Shown in pieces: positions 39,510 through 50,487 of a DNA stretch of 64,000 bases. Source of the DNA: Patescibacteria group bacterium (GTDB taxonomy: Bacteria > Patescibacteriota > Saccharimonadia > Saccharimonadales > JANWIN01); NCBI GenBank assembly GCA_035480855.1, contig DATIHJ010000008.1:17308-81307 (forward strand), given 5' to 3'. A program made the translations under genes and the position numbers. The notes under the pieces are model-generated. The model saw only the letters and a program-made list of their open reading frames with translations, was not told the DNA's origin and searched no databases. How positions within the stretch are numbered: position 1 is the stretch's first letter; each line of letters starts with the position of its first letter.

Positions 39510-40946
39510 CTACAAGCGGTGATAATCACTCGCTCGCCAAGCTAAGTCGACTGGTATTTGATTAGTTGGAAAAACGGGGTCTAGTTTAAGGTCAAATGGA
39601 GTACCCGGGTTTGTGGCAATGTATATGTTTTTACCAGACACACCGCCAAGGGCGGGGCTGGCTGACCATTTAGTTTTATCCAGGCAAATTCCATTAGTTG
39701 CTAACAAATACACGGCGGGTGCATTAGAGGTTCCGTTATTTCCAAGATAAATTGATCCACCATATGGACAAACTCCCGTCTTGGAGGCCGGATCTGTTCC
39801 GTAAGCAATAAATACAATCGGACTGCTCCCAGGAGTGCTCTGTATACTATCAAAATTGATGGTTCCTTCTACAAATACGAATTTTAAACTGCCGCTTGTA
39901 TTATTGAATGTAGGTGTACAAGCAGTTGCTGCGCATAGATTAGCGCGTAAGTGCACATTATCGGTTATGTTGTACTGACCAGTCGCCAAAGATAAATCAC
40001 CCATATTTCCGCAGCTAGTGCTAATGTTACTGCCACTATCTGGATAATGAGATTTCTTAGAATTGCCAGGTCCAGGAATATTGCGAGGAAATGCACCAGT
40101 CGTCCAATCATTACAATTGTTAGCGTTGGTATATGAAGCATCCATATATTGTGACCAAGGAATATAAGTTGACTGTATGGTCGAAATTGAACCTTGGTTA
40201 GCAGTAACATTGAAGCTTGCATTACTAGAATTTCCGGGAGGGTTGATGCAGTTATTGAAAGCCATGTTTATATTAGTTTTGGTTTGGGTCGGATCGGTAA
40301 AAGAGGCAGGCTTGACTAAATTACCAGGACCGCCAATAGAACAATTTGAAGCGCCAGTGTTTTTACCAGCAACTGTTATATTTTCTGCCACAATATTGGT
40401 GGTATTTTTGTTTGTATTAATATAGCCATTTACATAAATGTCTTTGGCAAAAAGATTTTTTACTCCACTTTGAAGTTCGAGTATGTTGCGACTCACTACA
40501 GATGAGGATGTAGTAGTTGATGTTCGAACAGCAGTTATGCCTATAGTGCGGCTATAATTGGCTTGACTTGAGTTTGCTGGAACATAAACCCTGCCAGTCG
40601 CAGTCACAATTTTTTGTTTATCATTTGACCCTGCCGCCACAGTTACGGTGTATGTTGATTTATATAAGTTGTTTTTTAATAGCTGTATCTGTGTACCACC
40701 AGTACCGGTATAAGTATTATTACCACCATTTAGGGTAGCAATTGCTGCATCAGCACCAGATTCAGCAGCGTATTGGGCCTGTAATAGCATTACACGCCCG
40801 CGTGCGCGGCTTAGGTTGGAGTTTGCCAGGACAGCAAGAGCGGATATTACAGTTGTTAAAAATAGAGTTACCACAAGTATAGATACAATTATTGAGCCGC
40901 TTTGTTGCCTAGTAGATGATGTACGGTGACTAAATAACAAGTTCAT
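39510..40946 (-). CDS. PilX-like minor pilin/adhesin
   Basis: QSG/SII leader, AQYAAESGADAA. Confidence 0.75.
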   Translation of the reverse strand: MNLLFSHRTSSTRQQSGSIIVSILVVTLFLTTVISALAVLANSNLSRARGRVMLLQAQYAAESGADAAIATLNGGNNTYTGTGGTQIQLLKNNLYKSTYTVTVAAGSNDKQKIVTATGRVYVPANSSQANYSRTIGITAVRTSTTTSSSVVSRNILELQSGVKNLFAKDIYVNGYINTNKNTTNIVAENITVAGKNTGASNCSIGGPGNLVKPASFTDPTQTKTNINMAFNNCINPPGNSSNASFNVTANQGSISTIQSTYIPWSQYMDASYTNANNCNDWTTGAFPRNIPGPGNSKKSHYPDSGSNISTSCGNMGDLSLATGQYNITDNVHLRANLCAATACTPTFNNTSGSLKFVFVEGTINFDSIQSTPGSSPIVFIAYGTDPASKTGVCPYGGSIYLGNNGTSNAPAVYLLATNGICLDKTKWSASPALGGVSGKNIYIATNPGTPFDLKLDPVFPTNQIPVDLAWRASDYHRL

Positions 40947-40947
40947 C

Positions 40948-41724
40948 TTAGGTATTCCTTAGTGCAATTCGGATAATTGTATTATTTACTGTCGCGTTTG
41001 TTTTTTGAAAGACTGGTTTGGTCGTAAGGTTCAGGGTTAGTTCAAGCACATCAACTGCTGCAAAATCTGGACCTGCATAGCCATTTATATTTGGGTCCCA
41101 AATTGATTGAAAGTTAACCAGGTTACCGGTTCTGGAGAAATAGCGGGTATCAACAGATGCAATGAAGCTAGATATTACCTTATCAGCTGGACAGGTTGAC
41201 GTTGCAAGATTGGGTGGGCAAGTTGTTTTTAAGCGATCCCCACTAGCATTTGGATTTGCCAATGTTCGTGCTAACAATTGTTTTGTCGATCCATTTAGAT
41301 AAAATACATATTCATCATCGTAATGTTGGTTACCGTTCATTATAAAAGCACCTGTGTTATCTTGGCTGTAACGTCTAAAATATAACAACGGTGTAGTCGT
41401 ACCTGGACTTCCAACGGGAGTGTTTCCCGGCACAGCATGAATCGGAATCCAATAATTGCCAGAACCATTTGCTGGATCGACATTTTCAGTATTTGCATCG
41501 GGGATACTGTTTTGATTAATCAAACCAGAAGATTCTCCAACGGTATTACGAATATAATCCTCAGCATTTAAGCGGGAAACAAATGTATCTAGGTCAGCTT
41601 CCATAAGGTAGCCGCTAGTCCAGAAATTGAACATAAAAAACATAATTACGGTTACAAAAATGCCCGTAACAATTATTACGCTCATGAGTTCTACGAGTGT
41701 GAAGCCGTTTTCGTTACTTTTCAT
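40948..41724 (-). CDS. Minor pilin (PilW-like)
   Basis: NG/FTLVEL N-methylation motif. Confidence 0.85.
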   Translation of the reverse strand: MKSNENGFTLVELMSVIIVTGIFVTVIMFFMFNFWTSGYLMEADLDTFVSRLNAEDYIRNTVGESSGLINQNSIPDANTENVDPANGSGNYWIPIHAVPGNTPVGSPGTTTPLLYFRRYSQDNTGAFIMNGNQHYDDEYVFYLNGSTKQLLARTLANPNASGDRLKTTCPPNLATSTCPADKVISSFIASVDTRYFSRTGNLVNFQSIWDPNINGYAGPDFAAVDVLELTLNLTTKPVFQKTNATVNNTIIRIALRNT

Positions 41725-42173
41725 TGCTGTGCGATTCCGTTTCTGGTAATTAGTAAACGTAATTCCAGGGGTGGGGCGGTGCTTTTTTGGTAAGCCACAC
41801 TTATATCAATTACTTTGGAATCAGGAATGGACTGTAAGGGATCGGAACCCGGCAACGATGCAGTTTGAGTAACTGTTAAATTTGGCGAATATGTAAATGT
41901 GTTACCACTACCACCTTCTGCTGCGAAGGTATTATTTGGGTAACAATTGGCTGAACTGGTTATATCGTCATATACAAGTGCACGGTCAATTTCTGGGCAG
42001 GCACTTAGTACGGCATAGATTTCGTTAAGTTGTTTGGCGACAGTATATGAGCGCCGCACGCTATCAAATGCATTTGCAATGCCAATAACAATAAAAGCGA
42101 ATATTGCGATTGCCAACAATAATTCAACAGAAGTAAAGCCTTTTTGTCTTAGATATGCTCTAGGATGTAACAT
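41721..42173 (-). CDS. Minor pilin (PilV-like)
   Basis: KG/FTSVEL motif. Confidence 0.85.
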   Translation of the reverse strand: MLHPRAYLRQKGFTSVELLLAIAIFAFIVIGIANAFDSVRRSYTVAKQLNEIYAVLSACPEIDRALVYDDITSSANCYPNNTFAAEGGSGNTFTYSPNLTVTQTASLPGSDPLQSIPDSKVIDISVAYQKSTAPPLELRLLITRNGIAQQ

Positions 42174-42190
42174 GCTAGTGGTTATTATAC

Positions 42191-42218
42191 AAAAAACCGG
42201 ACGCTTATGGTCCGGTTT
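42191..42218 (-). terminator. Intrinsic terminator after the pilin gene
   Basis: AAACCGGAC-7nt-GTCCGGTTT with T6 tract on minus strand. Confidence 0.8.
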
Positions 42219-42243
42219 AATGCGATTACTTGATTTACCTATA

Positions 42244-42699
42244 TTAGTTCAAGTTGCTCTTGGCAAATGTTCCACCAGCTTCCAGCGTTGCTGTTAGCGT
42301 GTAGACTGCACAATCTGTGGCTGTATTGTCACAGGTAGTTGTGCCATCAGATGCCCGTACGTGATATGCGTAAGCATCGGCAACAGGTGCGTCAACCAAA
42401 GCGTAGGTTGCTTCTTTAGGATCACGCAAAGCTTCTTTGTCGAGTCCTTTCATGTTGGTTCCACGCCAAGTATCGTCGTTCATGTTGGCAAGAGTGGGGT
42501 ATTTGCCGTTTTGGGCAAAGTACGCCTCCACCTGGCCTTGCATGGCCTTGATGTCAGTTGTGCGCTCGGTATCACGCGCTTTTTGTTGAATACCGGTGAA
42601 CGTTGTTATTACTAACGCTGCGAGAATGCCAATTACGACAATCACGATCAAAAGTTCCACTATGGTGAAACCCTCTGTTTTTCGTCTAAGTGAGACCAT
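42244..42699 (-). CDS. Type IV pilin, probably the major pilin
   Basis: EG/FTIVELLIVIVVIGILA; strong SD, own promoter and terminator. Confidence 0.9.
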   Translation of the reverse strand: MVSLRRKTEGFTIVELLIVIVVIGILAALVITTFTGIQQKARDTERTTDIKAMQGQVEAYFAQNGKYPTLANMNDDTWRGTNMKGLDKEALRDPKEATYALVDAPVADAYAYHVRASDGTTTCDNTATDCAVYTLTATLEAGGTFAKSNLN

Positions 42700-42768
42700 A
42701 GGTGCCCACCCTCCTTGTTATTATTTTGTTTAAGATCCCCCAACGGAGTTGGAGAGTATCTGCTACAG

Positions 42769-42796
42769 ATTATAACCATAACCGTCATTCGGTCAA
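42769..42796 (-). promoter_or_regulatory. Sigma70 promoter of the pilin gene
   Basis: TTGACC-16bp-TATAAT on minus strand. Confidence 0.65.
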
Positions 42797-42832
42797 GAGT
42801 TTTTACCCATATTTCTCCCCGGCACACAAGGC

Positions 42833-43735
42833 CTATGAAAGGAAAAACTTGGTAGTACTGGTTGTAATGTCGCGAAGTATTTGTGTACGTACCGTTAAAT
42901 CGTAGGTACCGTGGCCGTTAGTAAAGATTACTAAAACATATGGGCGCAAACCATTATCTACTATGGCTGCATCATGTACCCGGTCATCTAGTAAACCGGC
43001 TTTATGGTAAACTTTTATGCCAGCCGGTATAGACGAGGGAATATAGTCGGCTTCGTTGGCATGGTTCATATAACCAAGCAATAACTGGGTGTGAGAATGG
43101 TTAAGTAAGCTGCCTTTATATAGCTTTTGAAGCAATAGAGCGATATCATTTGATGTCATGGTATTGCCGTCTGCGTTGTAGCTGCTCATACCCACTTGAG
43201 TGGCGAAGTCGCTCATGGCAGGTAGCCCAATATCATCACTTAGAGCCTGCCATGCATCGTTATCGCTGTTGACTATCATTTGCTCAAGCAAATTTTGGGC
43301 ACTACTATCGCCAATCTGGTCGTTCAAACTCACCTGGCTTGTTTCTACCAGGTGCAAAAAGGTTGTAGCCGTAATGAGTTTGCCGACACTTGCAGCCTCA
43401 AACGGATTATTAATACCATATTGGTAACTCGTGCCTGAGTTAATATCAATAATGCTAGCCGATATATCCACATCTGGGTTAGCTCTTATGATGGCCTGAA
43501 TTTGGCTATCCATCTGAGCAGCAGTGATAGCAGGCTTAACTGCAGCTATTTTAGTGGTTGCTCTAGTTGGTGCAGAGTGAGCATGCGGCCGCCACCCTAA
43601 GTAATAAATCAAAAATCCAACTGCTAGTAAGACTAATAACCACCGCTTTTTGGCGTGCCTTTTTGGCGCAGGTGACTGATGCCCGGCTTGAACAGAGGAG
43701 TAATATTGCTGGTAACGTTGATCAGGTTTAGCCAT
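42833..43735 (-). CDS. Class A beta-lactamase-like serine hydrolase
   Basis: SVGK, SDN, HKAG motifs; N-terminal TM. Confidence 0.8.
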   Translation of the reverse strand: MAKPDQRYQQYYSSVQAGHQSPAPKRHAKKRWLLVLLAVGFLIYYLGWRPHAHSAPTRATTKIAAVKPAITAAQMDSQIQAIIRANPDVDISASIIDINSGTSYQYGINNPFEAASVGKLITATTFLHLVETSQVSLNDQIGDSSAQNLLEQMIVNSDNDAWQALSDDIGLPAMSDFATQVGMSSYNADGNTMTSNDIALLLQKLYKGSLLNHSHTQLLLGYMNHANEADYIPSSIPAGIKVYHKAGLLDDRVHDAAIVDNGLRPYVLVIFTNGHGTYDLTVRTQILRDITTSTTKFFLS

Positions 43736-43806
43736 GTAAATAGGTGCTATCTATCGGAGAATAATTATAGCAATAAGAAATGATAAACCCCTGAAACTAA
43801 CGAATA

Positions 43807-44121
43807 CTAGGAGTCAGAAGTAAGCTGATACTCCATATACCTATTAAGGGGTGGGCTATCAGACTGTGTAGCTGGAGAAAGTGAATCTGATATTTTTTCT
43901 GCAAATAAACCTCTATAGTCTGCTTGGAATATGATGTGTCCAGCTTGCTTAAAAACCTCCGTGCGCACCTGCATATAGTGCGTAGGATTTTGTTCCATCC
44001 ATTTTCTAAGACCACCGTTTGGATTGTCAGGATCAATATAAATATCGGGTACATGATCTCGCATATCTGCAGTGAAACCAGTAGGCGAAAAATCTTTATT
44101 ACCCTTAGCTTCTATACCCAT
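43807..44121 (-). CDS. Hypothetical protein
   Basis: 104-aa ORF; TAGACT 8 nt upstream. Confidence 0.55.
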   Translation of the reverse strand: MGIEAKGNKDFSPTGFTADMRDHVPDIYIDPDNPNGGLRKWMEQNPTHYMQVRTEVFKQAGHIIFQADYRGLFAEKISDSLSPATQSDSPPLNRYMEYQLTSDS

Positions 44122-44184
44122 AGTTTTATAGTCTAATACTCAATACCCGTGCTTGTAAATAAATTAGTAAAAACGACAATAGAT

Positions 44185-45408
44185 CTAATTGTTGCCGATG
44201 TTTTTGCTCAGACTGGCTATGGGACCCATGACACTGGCGGCAATCAAGCCCACAATGCTACCAAGTACAATAATCATGAGGGGCTCAATAATGGAACTAA
44301 GTGAGTCCACGGTGGTCTCTACTTCTTCTTCATAAAAGTCTGCAACTTTAACTAGCACCGTATCAATTTTGCCAGTTTCTTCTCCCACGGCTAACATTTG
44401 GCTAACTATCATTGGGAAGTGCTTGCTTTTACTTAGTGACTCTGATAATTGCTTGCCGTTTTTGACCTCTTTGGCGGCCGCTGCCAGCTCTTCCTCAATT
44501 ACTTTGTTACCCATTGCACGTCCAGTTACATCTAGGGCACTCAGCACATCTACACCAGCTGACATGAGTGAGGCAAAAGTGCGTGAAAAACGGGCAATTG
44601 CCACCTTAATGATAATAGTTTTGACCACGGGAGTTCTGAGCAAAAATTTGTGGAACTGATATTTACCTTTTGGTGACTTTATGTAGCGGCGTACTACAAA
44701 AATCACAACAACGACAGCCACAATAACAAAGAAAGCATTGTTTTGCATAAAGGTGCTTATAGACAGTAATATTCGGGTATATATGGGCAGCTGAGCTTTT
44801 GGTCCACCTAAATCTTTTAAAATGTGAGAAATTTTAGGGATGATAAAAATCATAATGCCAAAAAACGCAAAAATCGTAATGGTCAGAATAACAATTGGGT
44901 ACATCATGGCACCCTTAATCTTTTTGCGGATTGAAGCGTCTTGTTCTACTTGGGAGGCAAGGCGTTTAAGAATTTCATCCAAAATTCCACCAGACTCACC
45001 GGCCCTGACCATATTGACGTATACATCGGAAAAAATATTTGGGTATTTAGCAAAAGCGTCTGCTAGCGGCAGCCCACTCTCAACATCCTTGCTAATACTA
45101 GTAACTACACCGCGGAAATACTTATTTTCGCTCTGGGACTGAAGGGTAGACAGTGAGCGTACTATCGGCACGCCGGCGGATATCATGGTAGATAACTGAC
45201 GAGTAAATATAACTAGATCCTTGAGCTTAACTTTCTTGGGAAGCTTGAGCTTGCTGGCTAGTCCTTTTTTGCCACTGTCGGCCTTGATAATAATAGGCCT
45301 AAGGCCTTGCTTGCTGAGAGTTGTATTAAGGACTTCCTTGCTAGGGGCATCACTGGTGCCGGTAACGGTTTTGTCGTCTTTGCTTATAGCGGTATATGTA
45401 AATAGCAT
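44185..45408 (-). CDS. pilC: Type IV pilus platform protein (PilC/GspF)
   Basis: FTRQLSTMISAG, AGESGG, VGEETG, IEP. Confidence 0.93.
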   Translation of the reverse strand: MLFTYTAISKDDKTVTGTSDAPSKEVLNTTLSKQGLRPIIIKADSGKKGLASKLKLPKKVKLKDLVIFTRQLSTMISAGVPIVRSLSTLQSQSENKYFRGVVTSISKDVESGLPLADAFAKYPNIFSDVYVNMVRAGESGGILDEILKRLASQVEQDASIRKKIKGAMMYPIVILTITIFAFFGIMIFIIPKISHILKDLGGPKAQLPIYTRILLSISTFMQNNAFFVIVAVVVVIFVVRRYIKSPKGKYQFHKFLLRTPVVKTIIIKVAIARFSRTFASLMSAGVDVLSALDVTGRAMGNKVIEEELAAAAKEVKNGKQLSESLSKSKHFPMIVSQMLAVGEETGKIDTVLVKVADFYEEEVETTVDSLSSIIEPLMIIVLGSIVGLIAASVMGPIASLSKNIGNN

Positions 45409-45411
45409 AGT

Positions 45412-47223
45412 TTATTTTTCTGACGTTACACGCAGAATTTCTTCTACTGACGTCTGCCCACGAAGGGCCTTAACTAGCCCATCAATCTGCATAGTTATCA
45501 TACCGGCTTTTATAGCTTCATTCTGCAGGCCATCACTTGTTGCGCTGGTTACAATTAATTTTTGGATTCCGGACGAGCTATCTAAAACTTCATAAATTCC
45601 TAGCCGGCCCTTGTAGCCGCTGTGTCCACAATGTTCGCAGCCTTGCTCGTGAGCTTTCCATAGGCGAGTAATTTGTGTATCGGTTGTGCTTAGTTCAGCC
45701 GGCGAACTAGTGTTAATTTTTGAGACATTTATTTGACCAATGCCTGCCGCTAAAGCCTGGCCCTCAAGTCCGTGAAGTTGCTTCATAACAGCTTGATCAT
45801 CTATCCCAAATGACTCTGTTAATTCGCTCATCACGGCTTGATCTGGTACGTATGATTCCCGACAATCAACACATAATTTACGTACAAGTCTCTGGCCCAC
45901 TACGGCCCGCACAGTCGAGGCAATCAAAAATGGCTCTATACCCATATCTAGCAGCCGGGGCAAAGACGTGGCAGCATTATTGGTGTGCAGGGTAGAGAAA
46001 ACTAAGTGACCTGTCAGTGCAGCTTGCACCCCTAAGTTGGCAGTTTCACTGTCACGAATCTCGCCAACCATTATTATGTTTGGGTCCTGGCGAAGTAGAG
46101 CGCGCAGGCCATTTACAAATGTCATGCCGGCCACAGGGTTCACCTGGGTTTGATTGGTGCCCGGTATTCGGTACTCCACAGGATCTTCGACAGTTGAAAT
46201 ATTAACAGCAGGATTATTAAGCATACTAAGTACGCTAAATAAAGTAGTAGATTTTCCTGAGCCGGTAGGGCCTGTTACCAGAATCAGCCCGTGTGGCTGA
46301 GTAATGGCGTGGTTAATGTTCTGCAAAGATATTCCCCAAAAGCCAAGTTCCTGCAACGAAGCGGCCTTTGCGGATTCGTTTAAGATACGCATTACAACTT
46401 TTTCGCCGTCAACAATTGGCAGTGTTGACACCCTAATCGCAAACAGCTGATTGCTAACCTCTGCCTTAAAACGACCATCCTGTGGCGCACGTCGCTCATC
46501 AATCTTGAGGTTTGACAATATTTTGATGCGTGAGGTCAGGGCACTTAACACCTTTTTGGGCAGTTTGTTAGCTTCACGCAAAATCCCATCCACCCGGTAG
46601 CGTACCAATACATAGGTTTCGCGCGGCTCTATATGGATATCACTGGCATTGGCTTTAACAGCGTACTCGATGATGAGATTAACGGTTTGGGCAATCGGCG
46701 AGTCTTCAGCCAGGTCTTCTTCGCTAACTTCTTCTTCCTCATCTTCGGCCGTGGCATCTGGAGAAATTACTTTGGTTAGCTCGCTGCTTATGTTGCCCCG
46801 GTATTGGTCCAGTGCTGTTTGGATAGTTGACTCAGTGGCCAGATGAACCTTTAGATCGGTGCCAAGCTGCTTTTGCAAAAAGTTAATGGCCTGGATGTCG
46901 TCTGGGTCTTCCATGGCCAGCAACTTGCTGCCGTCCTCGGCCACATCAAATACTACTGCCTTGTACTGTCTGGCAATCCGCTCCGGTATAAGCCTAAGCA
47001 CATCACGCTTAATGTCCCGAGCACTTAGTTCGGCATAAGGTACATCAATCTCTTTGGCATATAGGCGGGTTAGGTCCTTTTCAGAAATCAGGTTGGCTTT
47101 GAGCACAAGGTCTTGCAAAGGTTTCTTCTCTGTATTGGCCTGGGCATGCAACGCATTTAACTGAGCGTCACTTATTCCGTGCACATGTACAAGCTTTTCC
47201 ACCAAAGCATCAGATATACGCAT
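45412..47223 (-). CDS. pilB: Type IV pilus assembly ATPase (PilB/GspE)
   Basis: GPTGSGKST, LRQDPNIIMVGEIRD, TGHLVFSTLH, Cys motifs. Confidence 0.95.
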   Translation of the reverse strand: MRISDALVEKLVHVHGISDAQLNALHAQANTEKKPLQDLVLKANLISEKDLTRLYAKEIDVPYAELSARDIKRDVLRLIPERIARQYKAVVFDVAEDGSKLLAMEDPDDIQAINFLQKQLGTDLKVHLATESTIQTALDQYRGNISSELTKVISPDATAEDEEEEVSEEDLAEDSPIAQTVNLIIEYAVKANASDIHIEPRETYVLVRYRVDGILREANKLPKKVLSALTSRIKILSNLKIDERRAPQDGRFKAEVSNQLFAIRVSTLPIVDGEKVVMRILNESAKAASLQELGFWGISLQNINHAITQPHGLILVTGPTGSGKSTTLFSVLSMLNNPAVNISTVEDPVEYRIPGTNQTQVNPVAGMTFVNGLRALLRQDPNIIMVGEIRDSETANLGVQAALTGHLVFSTLHTNNAATSLPRLLDMGIEPFLIASTVRAVVGQRLVRKLCVDCRESYVPDQAVMSELTESFGIDDQAVMKQLHGLEGQALAAGIGQINVSKINTSSPAELSTTDTQITRLWKAHEQGCEHCGHSGYKGRLGIYEVLDSSSGIQKLIVTSATSDGLQNEAIKAGMITMQIDGLVKALRGQTSVEEILRVTSEK

Positions 47224-47400
47224 AATGTTTGTGCTTATTATATAAGACCTGGCACCGTATAAGAAGAGTCAGTATTTATCAGCTTGTATACTCAGCCTTT
47301 TACCCTTTTGCTATACTATTTATAACGACTGGTGAGGGGTTGCAAACTAATATATCTACAGTGGCAGCCAAAGGGCACACTAGTGGACAAGGAGGGCAGC

Positions 47401-48408
47401 ATGGCTGAAGACAAAACCGCAACCGAGGGCAAAAACAAAGCTCTAGGGCTGGCGCTTGACCAAATTGAAAAGCAGTTTGGTAAGGGCTCTATTATGAAAT
47501 TGGGTGAAGGCAGCAAAGCCAACGTAGAAACTATTTCAACTGGTAGTTTATCTTTAGATATTGCACTTGGCGGTGGCATACCAAAAGGTCGCGTAATTGA
47601 AATTTATGGCCCAGAAAGTTCAGGTAAAACCACACTAAGCCTGCACGCAATTGCAGAAGTACAGCGTAATGGCGGTACAGCGGCGTTTATTGATGCCGAA
47701 CACGCCCTTGACCCCAGCTATGCCAAGCGCATTGGTGTGGACGTAGAAAACCTTTTGCTTTCCCAGCCGGATAACGGCGAGCAGGCGCTAGAAATTACCG
47801 AAACGCTAGTACGAAGCAATGCCGTAGATATCATAGTCGTGGATTCCGTTGCGGCTCTAGTACCACGGGCAGAGATTGAGGGCGATATGGGTGATTCACA
47901 CATGGGCTTGCAAGCACGGCTCATGAGCCAAGCCTTACGCAAGCTTACTGGCGTAATATCTCGCTCCAAAGCCACGGTTATATTCATCAACCAAATTCGA
48001 ATGAAGATTGGTGTAATGTTTGGCAATCCAGAAACCACCACTGGTGGAAACGCACTAAAATTCTACGCCAGCGTACGTATGGACATTCGCCGGATTGCCC
48101 AGATTAAACAGGGTGAGGAGATTATTGGCAACCGCACTCGAGTAAAAGTGGTAAAAAACAAGGTTGCACCACCATTCCGCCAAGCTGAGTTCGACATAAT
48201 GTACAACGAGGGCATAAGTAGGCCTGGCGATGTACTAGATCTGGCTGTAGAGAAAGAGATTGTAGAAAAGTCAGGCGCCTGGTTTGCCTACAAAGGCGAA
48301 AAGATTGCTCAAGGCCGTGAAGGCGCAAAGAAGTATTTGGCGGCAAACCCTAAAGTTATGGAAGAACTAGCTAAACTAGTAACTAAAGCCGCCGAAAAAG
48401 AGGAATAA
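47401..48408 (+). CDS. recA: Recombinase A
   Basis: [20 protein letters not shown]; GGAGG SD before 47401. Confidence 0.99.
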   Translation: MAEDKTATEGKNKALGLALDQIEKQFGKGSIMKLGEGSKANVETISTGSLSLDIALGGGIPKGRVIEIYGPESSGKTTLSLHAIAEVQRNGGTAAFIDAEHALDPSYAKRIGVDVENLLLSQPDNGEQALEITETLVRSNAVDIIVVDSVAALVPRAEIEGDMGDSHMGLQARLMSQALRKLTGVISRSKATVIFINQIRMKIGVMFGNPETTTGGNALKFYASVRMDIRRIAQIKQGEEIIGNRTRVKVVKNKVAPPFRQAEFDIMYNEGISRPGDVLDLAVEKEIVEKSGAWFAYKGEKIAQGREGAKKYLAANPKVMEELAKLVTKAAEKEE

Positions 48409-48410
48409 AC

Positions 48411-48755
48411 CTACCTCTGTAAGTGCAAAACTGCAGAATCAACAGCGTCGGTACTAGTTTGTTCGAGATCTTCAATCTCAAAGAGATTAATTAATCCCTC
48501 TGCTTCTGAAATCAAGATACGTTCTGCGACCTCATCTATCGGGATTGTAGAGTCATATTCCCTGCGGCGAGCACCTCTACCTACCAAATATTCGCATACT
48601 GCACTAGTATTTACTTCATTTAAAGTGTGTGAGCCCTTAGGGCACAAAAAACTATAAGATAAAGCTACAACTCTAGCAGTATCATCATGAACCGTCATAT
48701 CGCTTTCGGCCACTTCAATACCAGTTTTGTCTACATGACAATAAAAATTTCGCAT
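48411..48755 (-). CDS. Hypothetical protein
   Basis: 114-aa ORF convergent with recA, extended -10 upstream. Confidence 0.55.
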   Translation of the reverse strand: MRNFYCHVDKTGIEVAESDMTVHDDTARVVALSYSFLCPKGSHTLNEVNTSAVCEYLVGRGARRREYDSTIPIDEVAERILISEAEGLINLFEIEDLEQTSTDAVDSAVLHLQR

Positions 48756-48846
48756 AACAAATACTTTCCTTAATAGCTATTTTAACATAAGAACTACATA
48801 AAATCAATTTTATGTTTTGCATATAAGAGGTTAATATAAACCTACA

Positions 48847-49362
48847 ATGGCAAAAACCAATTTAATCCAAATTGTTGACGAAAATGATAATCCACTTAGG
48901 GCTGCAACTATGCCGGAAACTCATGCCAAAGGTCTAATACATCGCGTTGTAAGAATAATGGTTGAGGATAGCCAGGGCAGAATACTTTTACAGAAAAGGG
49001 CACCAAACATGTCTTGGCCCAACTGTTGGGACAACTCAGCAGCAGGCCACGTAGATGCAGGGGAGGATTATTTGACAGCAGCTAGAAGGGAATTATTTGA
49101 AGAAATTGGCATCAAAACAGATAAGTTAGATGAAATTGGAAAATATTACACACAGGGTAAATACCAATCCCAAATTCACAAAAGATTTAACAATCTATAT
49201 AAGGTAGTCTTGACCGCTATTCCGCAGCAAATGGCGCTGCAAAAAGAGGAAGTGGCGTCAGTAAAATGGTTTTCGCTTAAGGACATAAAGAAACTAATAA
49301 AAGACAAACCAGATAAAGTTACCGATGGTCTTAGAGACGTGATTGAGCGGTTCTACACGTAA
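48847..49362 (+). CDS. NUDIX hydrolase (IDI-like)
   Basis: LIHR, LLQKR, WDNSAAGHV..ARRELFEEIG. Confidence 0.88.
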   Translation: MAKTNLIQIVDENDNPLRAATMPETHAKGLIHRVVRIMVEDSQGRILLQKRAPNMSWPNCWDNSAAGHVDAGEDYLTAARRELFEEIGIKTDKLDEIGKYYTQGKYQSQIHKRFNNLYKVVLTAIPQQMALQKEEVASVKWFSLKDIKKLIKDKPDKVTDGLRDVIERFYT

Positions 49363-49363
49363 A

Positions 49364-49972
49364 ATGAAGATTACAAGTATCAAACAGCAGGTTAAACGTA
49401 AGGATCGCTATGCTGTTCATGTAGACGGGAAGTATTCGTTTAGCTTGGGTGAGCTAGAACTTATTAACTCTGGGCTCAGGCTTGGGCAGGAACTTAACAA
49501 AACGGAGCTAGAGGAATTAGAAGACAAGGCTAAGCTAGACAAAGCATATGACCGTGCGCTGGGCCTCGTAGCAATCCGCCAGCGTAGTAAGTGGGAAATA
49601 ACAGATTACTTAAAACGCAAAAAGTACGAGCAAGAGGAAATTGAAAATATACTTAACAAGTTAAGCAGGGCAGGTTATGTGGACGATTTAGCTTTTGCGA
49701 CTGCGTGGGTCAATAACAGACGGCTTCTAAAACCCATTAGCAAACGCAAGCTAATCCAGGAGCTGCGCCAAAAGCGAGTATCAAGCGAAATTATTAACCA
49801 AGTCTTGGCAGCTGATGAAACCATCGAGGCAGAGGTTCTGCACGAGCTAGTGGTTAAAAAACGTCAACAAACCAAATACAAGGACGATCTAAAACTTATG
49901 CAGTACCTCTCTCGCCAGGGCTACAACTATGGCGACATTAAAGAGGCTATGCAGGTAGAATCCGAAGATTAA
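49364..49972 (+). CDS. recX: Regulatory protein RecX
   Basis: MKITSI, RSKWEI, GYVDDLAFA, ELRQK, YLSRQGY. Confidence 0.88.
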   Translation: MKITSIKQQVKRKDRYAVHVDGKYSFSLGELELINSGLRLGQELNKTELEELEDKAKLDKAYDRALGLVAIRQRSKWEITDYLKRKKYEQEEIENILNKLSRAGYVDDLAFATAWVNNRRLLKPISKRKLIQELRQKRVSSEIINQVLAADETIEAEVLHELVVKKRQQTKYKDDLKLMQYLSRQGYNYGDIKEAMQVESED

Positions 49973-50487
49973 CCTATAGCTCCAGCTGTGGCCACAGTTC
50001 CCTGCAGTATGTCTTGGATCACAATTTTGCGGTTGGTAATTTCCACTATTTGTGTACGGTCCACACTCAAGCTGCCACCAGTAAAGCTTTTTATCAGCGA
50101 CTGGCCCACATACAGTTTTTGCACGTACATTGTCTCTGTCTCGACTGCATAGTCGTTCACCTTGCCTATACGCTGTTTGCTAACAGTCAGGACTTGCTTG
50201 CCCATAAGCTCAAAACGCAAATTCATAATGTCTTTAAGTCTTACCAACTCATCTGGCTCACTTAAGACCTCGTGGTCATTCACCACTATGCCTTTTGCTA
50301 TGATGTCGCGGATGTCTTTGTACAAAAGAACCAGCTGCTTTTTTTTGTCTTTTGAGTCCTGACAGTAAAACCCTTCTACCTTCAAGTTGTTAGGGTTGAT
50401 TATAGTCCCGGTAATAACGGCAATTTGCCCGCCCGTACGCAGACTTAAAACAGATTGATTTAGCAGTGATCCACTCAGTCGCAGCAT
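49969..50487 (-). CDS. PRC-barrel-like protein
   Basis: Two repeats of V..G.I....I.P pattern; TATACT 6 nt before ATG. Confidence 0.6.
   Translation of the reverse strand: MLRLSGSLLNQSVLSLRTGGQIAVITGTIINPNNLKVEGFYCQDSKDKKKQLVLLYKDIRDIIAKGIVVNDHEVLSEPDELVRLKDIMNLRFELMGKQVLTVSKQRIGKVNDYAVETETMYVQKLYVGQSLIKSFTGGSLSVDRTQIVEITNRKIVIQDILQGTVATAGAIG

Noticed and set aside
42833-43735. Antibiotic-resistance beta-lactamase
   Set aside because: Omega-loop Glu166 region not evident; more likely a cell-wall-related serine hydrolase.
48780-48820. XerD-like arm TTTAACATAA
   Set aside because: No XerC arm at 6-bp spacing; explained as minus-strand extended -10 (TGTTAAAAT).
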